A DNA stretch of 64,000 nt, taken from an uncultured Ruficoccus sp. GTDB taxonomy: Bacteria; Verrucomicrobiota; Verrucomicrobiia; Opitutales; Cerasicoccaceae. The translations under genes were made by a program, and so were the position numbers. The notes beneath the pieces are model-generated. The model had not been told where the DNA came from, did no database searches, and saw nothing but the letters and a program-made list of their open reading frames with translations. This document shows, piece by piece, positions 20,478 through 30,534 of this stretch. Position 1 is the first letter of the stretch; the number at the start of each line of letters is the position of its first letter. Location of the stretch: NCBI GenBank assembly GCA_965140785.1, contig OZ223519.1:320001-384000 (forward strand). Reading direction: 5' to 3'.

Positions 20478-21848
20478 ATGACGCCCGTTTTCGAGAGCCA
20501 GACTGAAGCCGTGGACCGCCAGGACACCGCCCACGCCTGGCACCCGTTTACGCAGATGAGCGAGCATCTGGCTCATCCGCGGCTCTACATTGAGCGGGGC
20601 GAGGGCTGCTGGCTCTACGACACGGACGGCAACCGCTACCTCGACAGCAACGCCTCCATCTGGACCAACGTCCACGGCCACAACGACCCGGACATCAACG
20701 CCGCGCTCATCGGCCAGATCAACAAGATCGCTCACAGCACCACGCTCGGGCTCGCCCATCCGACCGGGGCGGCGCTCAGCGCGAAGCTGGCCGAAATCTG
20801 CCCGGAGCCGCTCACGCGCGTCTTCTACAGCGATAACGGCTCCAACGCGGTCGAGATCGCCCTCAAACTTTCCTTCCAGTACTGGCAGCTGACCGGCCAG
20901 CCGGAAAAGACCGGCATCATCGCGCTCTCCGGGGCCTACCACGGCGACACCTTCGGCACCATGTCGGTGGGGGACAGCGGGGGCTTCCACGACCGCTTCA
21001 AGCCCTGGTGCTTCCCGGTTGAGCGCGTGCCCGCGCCCACCTGCGACGAGGCCGGAGGAATCGTCCGTGCCGAGGACATGAGCACTAGCCTGAGCCGCCT
21101 GGACGAGATTTTACGCGAAAAAGCCACCACCACCGCCTGCCTGATCCTGGAACCCTGGGTCCAGGGGGCCGCCGGCATGCGCCTGCACCCGAAAAGCTTC
21201 CTGCGGGAGGTGGCCGAGCGTTGCCGCCGGGCCAATGTCCACCTGATCGTGGACGAGGTCTTCGTCGGCTTCGGGCGGGTGGGGCCGCTGCTGGTCAGCA
21301 CCGACATGGGCATCGAGCCGGACTTCCTCTGCCTGGCCAAGGGCCTCACCGCCGGGTATCTGCCGCTCGCCGCCACCGTGACGAGCGACGCCGTCTTCGA
21401 GGCCTTCCTCGGACGCTACGAGGAGTACAAAGCCTTTTACCACGGCCACACCTTTACCGGAAACCCGCTCGGGGCCGCCGTCGCCCTCAAGAGCATTGAG
21501 AAGCTCGAGGCCCGCCTGGCCGATGGCAGCCACGCCGAGACGCTGGCCGCCTTTGAGAGCGCCATCCTCCACTACGGGCTCGGCTCGGGGCTGTTCCCGG
21601 TCGTGCGCCAGCGTGGGCTGGTAGCGGCGCTTGAGCTGCCGAAGCGGCCCATCACCGAGCGCACCGGCCTGAAGGTCGCGCTCGAGGCGCGCAAGCTCGG
21701 GCTCATCACCCGCGCCCTCGGGGACACGCTGCTGGTGGTGCCGCCGCTGGTGATTTCGGCGCAGGAGATCGACTTTTTATTTCAACAACTGACCCGCGCG
21801 ACGCAGATCGTGCTCAACGCCTCGGCCACCGCCTCAGAGGCTCAATGA
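20478..21848 (+). CDS. bioA: DAPA aminotransferase
   Basis: WHPFTQM, SDNGSNAVEIALK, YHGDTFG, DEVFVGFGR, AKGLTAGYLPL, HGHTFTGNP. Confidence 0.96.
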   Translation: MTPVFESQTEAVDRQDTAHAWHPFTQMSEHLAHPRLYIERGEGCWLYDTDGNRYLDSNASIWTNVHGHNDPDINAALIGQINKIAHSTTLGLAHPTGAALSAKLAEICPEPLTRVFYSDNGSNAVEIALKLSFQYWQLTGQPEKTGIIALSGAYHGDTFGTMSVGDSGGFHDRFKPWCFPVERVPAPTCDEAGGIVRAEDMSTSLSRLDEILREKATTTACLILEPWVQGAAGMRLHPKSFLREVAERCRRANVHLIVDEVFVGFGRVGPLLVSTDMGIEPDFLCLAKGLTAGYLPLAATVTSDAVFEAFLGRYEEYKAFYHGHTFTGNPLGAAVALKSIEKLEARLADGSHAETLAAFESAILHYGLGSGLFPVVRQRGLVAALELPKRPITERTGLKVALEARKLGLITRALGDTLLVVPPLVISAQEIDFLFQQLTRATQIVLNASATASEAQ

Positions 21849-22903
21849 CTGAGAACATGACCACACTCGAAGAACTCAAGGACATCTACAACCTGCCGTT
21901 GACGACGCTGATCCTGCGGGCTCAGGAAGTCCACCACCGCCACCAGGACCCCGCCGGGGTCCAACTGTGCACCCTTAAGTCCATCAAGACCGGCAAGTGC
22001 TCCGAGGACTGCAAATACTGCCCGCAGTCCGCGCACAACGACACCGGCCTGGAGCCCGAGAAGCTGCTCGACACCGAGCGGGTGCTCATCGACGCCCGCC
22101 GTGCCAAGGCCGACGGGGCCACACGCTTCTGCATGGGCGCGGCCTGGCGCAAGGTTTACACCAACAGCCAGTTTCAGAACATTCTGGAGACCGTTTCCGG
22201 GGTCAAGGCGCTCGACCTGGAGGTCTGCTGCACGCTCGGCATGCTTGATGTCAACCAGGCCCGCCAGCTCAAGGAAGCCGGCTGCGACGTCTATAATCAC
22301 AACATCGACAGCTCCCGCGAATTTTACAGCAAGATCATCACGACCCGGACCTTTGACGACCGCCTGGACACGATCAAGAACGTGCGCGAGGCCGGGATGG
22401 AAGTCTGCTGCGGTGGCATTCTCGGCATGGGCGAAACTGTCGAAGACCGCTTAAAGATGCTCCTCGAACTCGCCAACATGGACCCGCCGCCGGACTCCGT
22501 GCCGATCAACGCCCTGGTCGCCGTCAAGGGCACGCCGCTGGAGGACCAGCCCTTTGTGGACAGCATTGAGTTCGTCCGCACCATCGCCACCGCCCGCATT
22601 GCCATGCCGTACTCCATCGTGCGCCTGTCGGCGGGCCGCAGCCAGATGTCCGACGAGATGCACGCCCTGTGCTACCTCGCCGGGGCCAACAGCATCTTCC
22701 TCGGTGATCGCCTCCTGACCACCGACAACCCCCGCCAGGACAAGGACCGCCAACTGCTGACCAAGCTCGGCCTGCACGACATGCACCCGGACGCCGCCCG
22801 CGAGATCCACGCCCGCTCCAAGGCCGAGGCCGAGAGCGAAAGCTGCGGCTGCGGCACCCCCGCCGCCGCGTCCGAAGAGGCGGCCCAACCCGTTCTTTCG
22901 TAA
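21845..22903 (+). CDS. bioB: Biotin synthase
   Basis: CSEDCKYCPQS radical-SAM motif, RFCMGAAW, YNHNID, VRLSAGR, GANSIF. Confidence 0.98.
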   Translation: MTENMTTLEELKDIYNLPLTTLILRAQEVHHRHQDPAGVQLCTLKSIKTGKCSEDCKYCPQSAHNDTGLEPEKLLDTERVLIDARRAKADGATRFCMGAAWRKVYTNSQFQNILETVSGVKALDLEVCCTLGMLDVNQARQLKEAGCDVYNHNIDSSREFYSKIITTRTFDDRLDTIKNVREAGMEVCCGGILGMGETVEDRLKMLLELANMDPPPDSVPINALVAVKGTPLEDQPFVDSIEFVRTIATARIAMPYSIVRLSAGRSQMSDEMHALCYLAGANSIFLGDRLLTTDNPRQDKDRQLLTKLGLHDMHPDAAREIHARSKAEAESESCGCGTPAAASEEAAQPVLS

Positions 22904-22917
22904 GCGAAAGCCAAGCA

Positions 22918-23571
22918 GTGCCCGTCTTCGTCATCACCGGCAATGATACCGGCGTGGGCAAGACCCGCGTCACCGCCGCCCTGGCCCGCGAACTGAGCGG
23001 GCAGGGCGGAGCCGTGCAGGTGGTAAAACCGGTCGAGACCGGCGTGCTGCCCGGCGCGCATGGCGATGCCGAGACCGCGCTCAGCCACGCCACCGGCCAA
23101 GCTGAGGCGCACACGCTGTTCCGGTTCCGGGAGCCGATGTCGCCCCCGGACGCCGCCGCCCGCGAAGGTGTCATCCTCACGCTGGAGGCGATGCTGGCGC
23201 GTTATGCGCAGCTTCCGCCCGCCGCCTGGCGATTGATCGAAGGCGCGGGGGGAATCGCTTCGCCGCTTGATGCCGAGGGGCGCGATGTGTGCGACCTGGC
23301 CGTGGCGGTGCGGGCGGACTTTCTCGTGCTCGTGGTTGAGGACCGGCTTGGAGCGATCTGCCAGGCGCGGATGGCTCACGCCTACGCGGCCCGCACCGGC
23401 ATCCCGGTCTGGCTCTGGCTGAACCAGATCCGCCCGCAGTCCGAGACGATCCGCCAGTCCAACCGCGCGGCAATGAGTGCCTTTAACCTGCCCCTGTGTG
23501 CGGTGCTCGCGCCCGACGCCGGGGAGCCCGAGTGGCTGGAGCGGCCATGGTTGGCGACGCAGCCCGCATGA
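22918..23571 (+). CDS. bioD: Dethiobiotin synthetase
   Basis: ITGNDTGVGKT, KPVETG, IEGAGG. Confidence 0.93.
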   Translation: MPVFVITGNDTGVGKTRVTAALARELSGQGGAVQVVKPVETGVLPGAHGDAETALSHATGQAEAHTLFRFREPMSPPDAAAREGVILTLEAMLARYAQLPPAAWRLIEGAGGIASPLDAEGRDVCDLAVAVRADFLVLVVEDRLGAICQARMAHAYAARTGIPVWLWLNQIRPQSETIRQSNRAAMSAFNLPLCAVLAPDAGEPEWLERPWLATQPA

Positions 23572-24950
23572 ACGCGCCCGCGACCCTTTCCGCGCGGTTG
23601 GCCCAGGCCTTGGAGGAACGCCGGGCCCAAGGGCTGGAGCGTACTCTGCGTGCACGCGCGTCGGACGAGCCCTTTCTCGATTTAGCTAACAACGACTACC
23701 TGCGCCTCTCGCAGCACCCCGCGGTCAAGGCCGCCGCCGTTGCCGCGACTGAACGGTGGGGGTGCTCATCCTCGGGCTCGCCGCTGATCACCGGCTACAC
23801 CGCCGAGCACGATGCGCTGCTGGACACGCTCAAGCAGTGGTGCGGCTTCCCCTGCGGGCTGATCTGGAACACCGGCTTCGCCGCCAACGCCGCCATCCTC
23901 AGTGGCCTGCCCAGGCGTGGCGACCTCGTGTTGGCCGACCGGCTGATTCACAACAGCATGATCAGCGGACTACTGGCCTCGGGGGCGCGTTTGCAGCGTT
24001 ACCGTCATCTGGACCTCGACCACCTGCGGGAGTTGTTGGAGAAAAACCGCGCAGGCGAGGGGGCGGTCTTTGTCGTATCGGAAACCGTTTACAGCATGGA
24101 CGGGGATTACCCGGACCTCCACGCGATGGCTGCGCTGAAGGAGCGCTACGGCTTCGTCTGGATACTTGACGAGGCGCACGCGCTCGGCTGGTACGGGCGC
24201 ACCGGCAGCGGCCTGATCGAGGCCGCCGGAGTGACCGGCGCGGTCGATGTCATGGTCGGCACCCTGGGCAAGGGCCTGGGCTCGATGGGGGCCTTTACGC
24301 TTTTTCAGGACGAGGTGCTGCGCCGGTATTTGATCAACCACGCGGGCGAATTCATCTACTCGACCTACCTGCCGCCAGCCTGCGCCGCCGCCGCCCGGCA
24401 GGCAGTGGAACTCCTTCGCGAAAACCCCGGCCAATGTGACCGCCTGCACGCCCTGTCCCGCGTCTTTCGGCAAATGCTTCCCGGCGTGCCCGGCAGCGAC
24501 GCGCCGGACCCCGAACGCAAGGATACCGACGACCTGGCCGCGGGAATCGCTGCCGCCAGCTGCCCGGTGATCTCCACCGCGGATTACCCGACCGTCGCGG
24601 GGACGGATCCACATGGGTGGCCCGCTGGGGACAAGAAATCGAAGGCGGATGAAAACGAATACTCTGACGCTGGTGTCAACCCGGAAGGCCCTGCTAACGC
24701 TGACTCCCGAGGCGTCGCTGGCGCAGACTCCCGGGTCGTCGCTGGCGCAGACTCGCCCATCGTCCCCGTGCGCGTCCCTGATCCAGTCAAGGCCGCTGCC
24801 GCCCTGCTCGAACAAGGCATCCGCGTGGGAGCGATTCGTCCACCGACCGTGCCCGCCGGCGAAGGCCGTTTGCGCATCTCCCTCAACGCCGAGCTTGGTG
24901 AGGCCGACCTCAAGCGGGTGGCTGCCGCCGTCAACGCCGTCCGCGCATGA
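23568..24950 (+). CDS. bioF: 8-amino-7-oxononanoate synthase with an internal low-complexity insertion
   Basis: NNDYLRLS, DRLIHNS, ETVYSMDGD, DEAHA, GTLGKG, AIRPPTVP. Confidence 0.93.
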   Translation: MNAPATLSARLAQALEERRAQGLERTLRARASDEPFLDLANNDYLRLSQHPAVKAAAVAATERWGCSSSGSPLITGYTAEHDALLDTLKQWCGFPCGLIWNTGFAANAAILSGLPRRGDLVLADRLIHNSMISGLLASGARLQRYRHLDLDHLRELLEKNRAGEGAVFVVSETVYSMDGDYPDLHAMAALKERYGFVWILDEAHALGWYGRTGSGLIEAAGVTGAVDVMVGTLGKGLGSMGAFTLFQDEVLRRYLINHAGEFIYSTYLPPACAAAARQAVELLRENPGQCDRLHALSRVFRQMLPGVPGSDAPDPERKDTDDLAAGIAAASCPVISTADYPTVAGTDPHGWPAGDKKSKADENEYSDAGVNPEGPANADSRGVAGADSRVVAGADSPIVPVRVPDPVKAAAALLEQGIRVGAIRPPTVPAGEGRLRISLNAELGEADLKRVAAAVNAVRA

Positions 24951-25570
24951 AGAGGGTGCTGTGGATAGGTGGCTGGGGTTGCCCGGCTGAGTCGATGCGG
25001 GCTTTTGCGCAGGCTGTCTGCCCCGAGGCCGACCATCGCGTTGGGCTTCCGACTGCCGGATGTATCGAAAATTTGGATACGTCCGACGTGGACGTCATTA
25101 TCGCTTACTCGACGGGCGCGTTCCTGCTCTGCGGTGCGCCGAAGATAATGGCGTCGGTTGAGCGCGTGGTGCTGGTGGCGCCATTCTGCGACTTTCGGGC
25201 CGAGTCCGGGCGCGGTGGAAAAACGCCGAGCGGAAAAATCCGCTTCCTGCTGCGCTGGTTGCGGCGCGACCCACTGGCGGCGCTTCAGGATTTTTACCCG
25301 CGTGCCGGGCTGGGGGAGCCGCCCTCGGAGCTTCCCTATGCGCAGGAAGATTTGATCTGGGGGATCGAACAGCTCGCCGAAATTGCCCAGCCGTCTCCAG
25401 CCGATGCCAACCATGCGCGGGCGCACAAGCTGACCGCGCTGGCCGGGGATGCGGACCCGCTGCTGGACCCGGAGGGGCTGCGGGCGGACTTTCCCGCGCT
25501 GCGGGTGGTGCCCGGTGCCGGGCATGCGCTCGGGGATTTTAGGAAGGAGCTGGGCGATGCGCTTCGGTGA
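24947..25570 (+). CDS. Alpha/beta-hydrolase in the BioH position (candidate pimeloyl-ACP methyl ester esterase)
   Basis: GGWG oxyanion-like loop, AYSTG nucleophile elbow, GDADPL and GAGH; overlaps bioF and bioC. Confidence 0.7.
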   Translation: MKRVLWIGGWGCPAESMRAFAQAVCPEADHRVGLPTAGCIENLDTSDVDVIIAYSTGAFLLCGAPKIMASVERVVLVAPFCDFRAESGRGGKTPSGKIRFLLRWLRRDPLAALQDFYPRAGLGEPPSELPYAQEDLIWGIEQLAEIAQPSPADANHARAHKLTALAGDADPLLDPEGLRADFPALRVVPGAGHALGDFRKELGDALR

Positions 25571-26267
25571 ACGCGCCGGGGAGTATGCCGCGCACGCCTT
25601 TGTGCAGCGCGATCTGGTGGAGTGGGGGAGTCGGTGGCTGCCCGATTCGCTGGCTCAGTCCGAAGTGCTGGAGCTGGGCGCGGGGCCGGGTCTGCTGACG
25701 CGTGAACTGCTGAGCCGTGGCGCGGATGTGCTCGCAACGGATCTGGCGGCAGGCATGGTCGAGGCGGGTCGCCAGCAGTACCCGCAGGCACGTTGGGAAG
25801 TGATGAACGCCTGGCAGCCGAAGGGCGAGTATGACTTTATCTGCTCCTCGGCGCTCATGCAGTGGGCACGCGATCCGGCGGCGGTGCTGACACGCATGGC
25901 CGGAGTGCTGCGACCCGGTGGGCGTATGCTGCACTTGTTTTTTATCGATCCGACACTGAGCGAATTTCGGCGGTTGGCCCCTGACTGGAATCCCTTCGTG
26001 TGGCGAAATTCCGATGCCTGGCAATGGGCTTTCGAGGCTGCCGGGCTGGAGGTGGCGCGGGCGGAGGAGGAGACGCACCGGATGGTCTTTTCCAACGCGC
26101 GGGAGCTGCTGCGCTTTTTTCAGCGTACCGGCGCGGTCGGGCGTAACCACGCACGACCGGGCGAGCTGCGCCATTTTCTGCGTGAGTACGAGCGCCACTT
26201 TCAGGAGGGTGACGGGGTGGTCAGCACATGGACCTTTTTCCGCATCGAGGCAGTGAAGCCGGAGTAA
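25557..26267 (+). CDS. bioC: Malonyl-ACP O-methyltransferase (BioC-like)
   Basis: RFGERAGEYAAHAFVQR N-terminus, VLELGAGPG, SSALMQW; last gene of the bio operon. Confidence 0.85.
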   Translation: MRFGERAGEYAAHAFVQRDLVEWGSRWLPDSLAQSEVLELGAGPGLLTRELLSRGADVLATDLAAGMVEAGRQQYPQARWEVMNAWQPKGEYDFICSSALMQWARDPAAVLTRMAGVLRPGGRMLHLFFIDPTLSEFRRLAPDWNPFVWRNSDAWQWAFEAAGLEVARAEEETHRMVFSNARELLRFFQRTGAVGRNHARPGELRHFLREYERHFQEGDGVVSTWTFFRIEAVKPE

Positions 26268-26324
26268 GGTGTATCCAATCAATGGATACGGGTGGCGGAC
26301 TGATGGCCGCGCTTCCGCTGGCAC

Positions 26325-27146
26325 TCAGGAGACGTTGTGTCCGTTGCGTTCGCTCTGGCGGTCGCGGAGAATTTCCTGGGTGATGAAGGAGAAGGCCTCG
26401 TCCACCTCGTCACAATAGCGGAAGAAATCGAGCGAATCGCGGTCGAGCGTGTTAAAGCGCACCAGCGTCTCGAAGTTGATCAGTTCTTTCCAGTATTCGC
26501 TACCATAGAGGACGATGGGGATGTAGCGCTTGGCCTTGCGCGTTTTCATCAGGGTGTAGATTTCGAAAAACTCGTCCAGTGTGCCGATGCCGCCGGGGAA
26601 AATGACGAGCGCGCGCGCGAAGTACATGAGCCAGAACTTGCGCATGGGGAAGGTATCGAAGTGCAGGGAGAGGCCGGGGGTGATGTATGGGTTGGGCTTT
26701 TGTTCGGTCGGGATCTGGATATTGATGCCGATGGTGGGCTCGCCCGCCTGACTGGCTCCCTTGTTGGCGGCTTCCATGATGCCGGGGCCGCCGCCAGTGG
26801 TGACGATGTGCTGCTCGTCGGCGGGGAACGTCTTGCGCGACCACTGGGCGAGCCGGTCGGCGAGGGACTCGGCCGCGAGGTAGAAACGCGACATGTAGTG
26901 CTCGTGACTGGCGTGGTCGAGCTCGTCCCACTCCGCGCGGTCCTTCATCACGAGGCCCTGGAAATCGTGGTGCAGGCGGTCCATGACGGACTGTGTTTCT
27001 GCGGGTGGTTTGATGCGGGCCGAGCCGAAGAAAACGATGGTGTTGTAGATGTTCTTTTGGGCGAAGAAATCCGCCGGCTCGCGCAGTTCCTTTTGCAGCA
27101 GCGCGAGGCGCTGCTTGAGCTCTTGATCAACGAAATCGGATTGCAT
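26325..27146 (-). CDS. LOG family nucleotide phosphoribohydrolase
   Basis: FFGSARI, TGGGPGIMEAANKGA, PGGIGTLDE. Confidence 0.9.
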   Translation of the reverse strand: MQSDFVDQELKQRLALLQKELREPADFFAQKNIYNTIVFFGSARIKPPAETQSVMDRLHHDFQGLVMKDRAEWDELDHASHEHYMSRFYLAAESLADRLAQWSRKTFPADEQHIVTTGGGPGIMEAANKGASQAGEPTIGINIQIPTEQKPNPYITPGLSLHFDTFPMRKFWLMYFARALVIFPGGIGTLDEFFEIYTLMKTRKAKRYIPIVLYGSEYWKELINFETLVRFNTLDRDSLDFFRYCDEVDEAFSFITQEILRDRQSERNGHNVS

Positions 27147-27271
27147 GGGGATGAGTTAAAAGGGCCAAGTCATAGCAGGCGTCAGATCTCGGCGGGACAC
27201 AGTGTGCAAGGCTCGCCGCCGCTTAGCCATTCATAAGTCACTATGGGCGAGGCGGTGGTTCCGTGACGAAT

Positions 27272-27302
27272 AAAAAAAGCCCCGGCACGCGCCGGGGCTT
27301 TT
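27272..27302. terminator. Intrinsic terminator, possibly bidirectional
   Basis: A-tract, GCCCCGGC/GCCGGGGC stem, T-tract; downstream of the minus-strand FecR-domain gene. Confidence 0.8.
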
Positions 27303-27325
27303 GAAAAGTAAGATGTGAACTTTGA

Positions 27326-28165
27326 TTAGTTGGACGGGGAGACTTCAATCACCGGGTCCGTCTCGGGAGTCGGGGGCTGGGGGGGTGAAGCGGTGGGGTC
27401 GCCCGGATCTGCAGGGTCAGGCTGTTTAAGTAAGTCATCCATCACGGGATTTATCGGCCCGGGCTGAGAGACACTAGTGATGGTGGGGGCGGCATCTCCA
27501 ATAACCTCACCGATAATGGTAATCTGTTCGCCGTCACCGAGCTCGCCAGAGCTCGAGCCGTCGGGGGTGGTGAAGGTCACGGTTCCGTTCTCTTTGGCGA
27601 AGGTGGTCGTGTAGATCGTCTGGCCGCCTTCTGTGGTGCTGGAAACCTCGGCGCCAAATTTGGTGCCACGGATACCAGCCGAGCCGACGGGGGTGTTGAC
27701 GACATACTCGGAAGACGAACTCAGGTGCTTGGTTTCACCGGCGATCATACCATTTTGGAGGGATACCTTGGTGACAGACTTGCTCGGGTCCTGGACCAGG
27801 GTCAGGTAGGAACCGGCGGAGGGGTCAAAGGATTCCTGTTCGAACTCGTCGATCTTGAGCTCGGAGTTCGGGCCGAGGCGGATGGAGGAGCCGTTGGAGA
27901 GAATCACCACGGCGGTGGCGTCCTTACCCGTGTTGATGGTCGTGCCATCGCGGAAGATCGCGCCTCGCTTGAGGGGCGTGGTTTTCCCGAAGGTGTCGGT
28001 GATGGTGACCTTGCCTTTGACGAGGAAGGCCTTGATGTTGCCCTTTTGGAGACTGTCCACAGTACTTACTGTGTTATCCAGCATGTCTTCCTGGAGTTGC
28101 GCTTGGATCGCCAAGGGGAAAAGTGTTGCCGCGAATGCGGTCAGGCAAATGAATTTTTTAATCAT
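27326..28165 (-). CDS. Exported FecR-domain protein with Pro-rich tail
   Basis: Signal peptide; LSNGSSIRLGPNSEL and VNTPVGSAGIRGTKF FecR motifs. Confidence 0.8.
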   Translation of the reverse strand: MIKKFICLTAFAATLFPLAIQAQLQEDMLDNTVSTVDSLQKGNIKAFLVKGKVTITDTFGKTTPLKRGAIFRDGTTINTGKDATAVVILSNGSSIRLGPNSELKIDEFEQESFDPSAGSYLTLVQDPSKSVTKVSLQNGMIAGETKHLSSSSEYVVNTPVGSAGIRGTKFGAEVSSTTEGGQTIYTTTFAKENGTVTFTTPDGSSSGELGDGEQITIIGEVIGDAAPTITSVSQPGPINPVMDDLLKQPDPADPGDPTASPPQPPTPETDPVIEVSPSN

Positions 28166-28298
28166 GGTGCAGGTAGATGATTGGTTTTAGAATTATACAC
28201 AACCAAACTATCCTTGGGACGCCATGCTGGCAAGCAAAATAACGGCTGCAAAAGCCCTAGGGCATTGGCTTCAGGGAGGATGAGGGGGGATGGCAGAA

Positions 28299-28631
28299 TC
28301 AGGGCGCAGCCAGTGGCAAACCCTGTCCGTCACGAAAGCTACCCTTGTTCAGAAGCCAGAAATCCATCAGTGGCCAGATGGCGAGAGCGGCCATCATCGC
28401 CGCAACGATGGCCAGGGCGGCGAGATAATGGCGACCGGTATAGGCGCTCCAACCATAGTAGCCGCCGAGCGTGCAGCAGGCCAGGGTGCTCAGCAGTTGG
28501 AGGCTACCGATGAGCGGGCGCCCGGCATAGTAGCGGTGCGCACCGAAGCTTCCCAGCGTCACACACAGGGCGAGGGCGTGGGCTGTGTCTTTGCGGCTGG
28601 AGAGCAGAGGGGGAAGAGCGGGATCGGTCAT
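28299..28631 (-). CDS. TM2-domain membrane protein
   Basis: [13 protein letters not shown] and C-terminal FRDGQG typical of TM2 proteins. Confidence 0.75.
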   Translation of the reverse strand: MTDPALPPLLSSRKDTAHALALCVTLGSFGAHRYYAGRPLIGSLQLLSTLACCTLGGYYGWSAYTGRHYLAALAIVAAMMAALAIWPLMDFWLLNKGSFRDGQGLPLAAP

Positions 28632-28702
28632 GTTTTTATTGGGGGGTCACATTTTTAGACTCGTTTTCTGGAAGAAAGTTTTCAAATATATTTAAAGCAG
28701 CT

Positions 28703-29461
28703 ATGCAGGTTCTTGGTATCGATGTAGGCGGATCGGGCATTAAAGGCAGTCCGGTAGACACCAACACTGGCGAAATGCTGGGCGAGCGTTTTCGTATTCC
28801 GACCCCACAGCCCGCGACGAAGGACGCGGTGCTGGAAACCATCGGGCAAATCGGCGAACATTTCGATTGGAAGGGACCGGTGGGGTGCGGATTCCCGGGC
28901 GTCATCCGCAAAGGGGTGATTTACACCGCTGCCAATCTGGACAAGTCCCTGGTCGGTGTCGATCTGGCCAAGGAGATCGGGGATGCTCTCGGTCAGCCGA
29001 CCGTGGTTCTCAATGATGCCGACGCGGCGGGATTGGCTGTGATGCGCTTTGGCGGGGGGCGTGACGAGAAGGGACTGGTCATGATTATCACGATCGGCAC
29101 CGGTATCGGGACCGCCTTGTTTTATAACGGACACCTCATCCCCAACAGCGAGCTGGGCCACACGTATATAAAGCTCAAAAAGGAGTCGGAGATTCACGAG
29201 GCCGAAGAGGTCGTGGCGGACTCTGCCCGCAAGCGGGATGATTTGAGCTGGAAGCATTGGGGGCACCGGTTCAGGGATTATCTCAAGCACATGGAGCACG
29301 TCCTCAACCCCGACCTTTTCATCCTCGGGGGCGGCGCGGCCAAAAAGGGGGATAAATTCCTGAAATACCTGAAGGTGGATACGCCCGTGAAAACGGCCAC
29401 CTTGGAAAACCGGGCCGGCATCATTGGGGCGGCCATGGGCTCACGCGAATTTGGCCAGTAG
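28703..29461 (+). CDS. ppgK: Polyphosphate glucokinase (ROK family)
   Basis: [46 protein letters not shown]. Confidence 0.9.
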   Translation: MQVLGIDVGGSGIKGSPVDTNTGEMLGERFRIPTPQPATKDAVLETIGQIGEHFDWKGPVGCGFPGVIRKGVIYTAANLDKSLVGVDLAKEIGDALGQPTVVLNDADAAGLAVMRFGGGRDEKGLVMIITIGTGIGTALFYNGHLIPNSELGHTYIKLKKESEIHEAEEVVADSARKRDDLSWKHWGHRFRDYLKHMEHVLNPDLFILGGGAAKKGDKFLKYLKVDTPVKTATLENRAGIIGAAMGSREFGQ

Positions 29462-29748
29462 AGTTGCCGGACGGCTGTTTCGCGGGGCTTTTATCAAAGA
29501 GGCAGCATTTCTGCGTGCGCACGGCTTCAGCGAGCCAGCGGCTTAGGCTGTGTCTTCAAATTATCTCACGTCGCATCTTACGCCGCTTTTTGTCTCAAAA
29601 TCCATGTCCTCACCTCGACACGTCGCGAAGATGGACATATGCATCGCAGAGACGATGCTGTAAGCATCGGAAGTGCAGGCTATGCCTGCCGCGGGCGCGG
29701 GCTGCGTAAGCCCGCAATCAATAGGCCGCGAACTTCAAACTCGGGACA

Positions 29749-30255
29749 CTAGAGCATGGACTCTTCGCCTTTTTGTTTGGCACGCTGATTGATCTTGCGG
29801 ATGACGGTGGGGCCGTAGATTTCACGCAGCTTCTGCTTACGCAGGGATACCGCGAGATCGAAGGCCTTTTTTTCGCCGTACTTGCGGATGGAAAAAGAGG
29901 TGCATTTCTGCTCGCCGGGGCGGGGCCGCCAACTGACCGAATAGCATTCGCTGACACGCCCCTGGGCGTCCTTTTTACGGGTACGGCTGACGCCCAGCAC
30001 GCCGGTGGTGTTGCGGCTGTCCCGATAGACCATGCGCCGTTCACGTGGCTTCGGAGGAATCTTTTCCAGGCTGGAGTACAACTCGTCGCGGTAGGCCACG
30101 GCGGCATTCCACGCTTCTTCACGCCCTCCGGCCTTACGGTCACTGAAGAGCCGGGAGTAGGTTTTGCCATTCCTGTAACCGCGCACGAACCAACCGTGCG
30201 TGGACCCGGAATCAATCCGGCTAATGCCTTTCGCGTTGTGTCCATCAGCCATCAT
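29749..30255 (-). CDS. Basic protein with two tandem AP2-like DNA-binding domains
   Basis: KGISRID...GWFVR...RLFSDRKAGGREEAWNAAVAYRD and NTTGVLGVSR...SVSW...SFSIRKYGEKKAFDLAVSLR. Confidence 0.75.
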   Translation of the reverse strand: MMADGHNAKGISRIDSGSTHGWFVRGYRNGKTYSRLFSDRKAGGREEAWNAAVAYRDELYSSLEKIPPKPRERRMVYRDSRNTTGVLGVSRTRKKDAQGRVSECYSVSWRPRPGEQKCTSFSIRKYGEKKAFDLAVSLRKQKLREIYGPTVIRKINQRAKQKGEESML

Positions 30256-30534
30256 GTGCCCGGAGCCAATAGTTTACCAGTGCGTAGATTACTCTTAATT
30301 GAGCCATTATTAGAAAAAGAATATCTAATTACACCAGAAAATCAACTGATAGTTGGGATAATTAGGAAAGCCAATGAACAAAGCGCCTTACGAAAGGGAT
30401 TGGCTGTGACAATCTCTTTACACGGAGCCTGCTCCCGGTATCAAAACGCGCGCTTATTCCAATGGGTGGGACTTTCTGTGTCTTCAGTCACCCGCAGCCC
30501 TGTTCCCGTCAAACCGAAGACCGGATTAATAATC

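Noticed and set aside
24495..24755. Intein in BioF
   Set aside because: No N-terminal Cys/Ser block and no C-terminal His-Asn motif; the insert is low-complexity and repeat-derived
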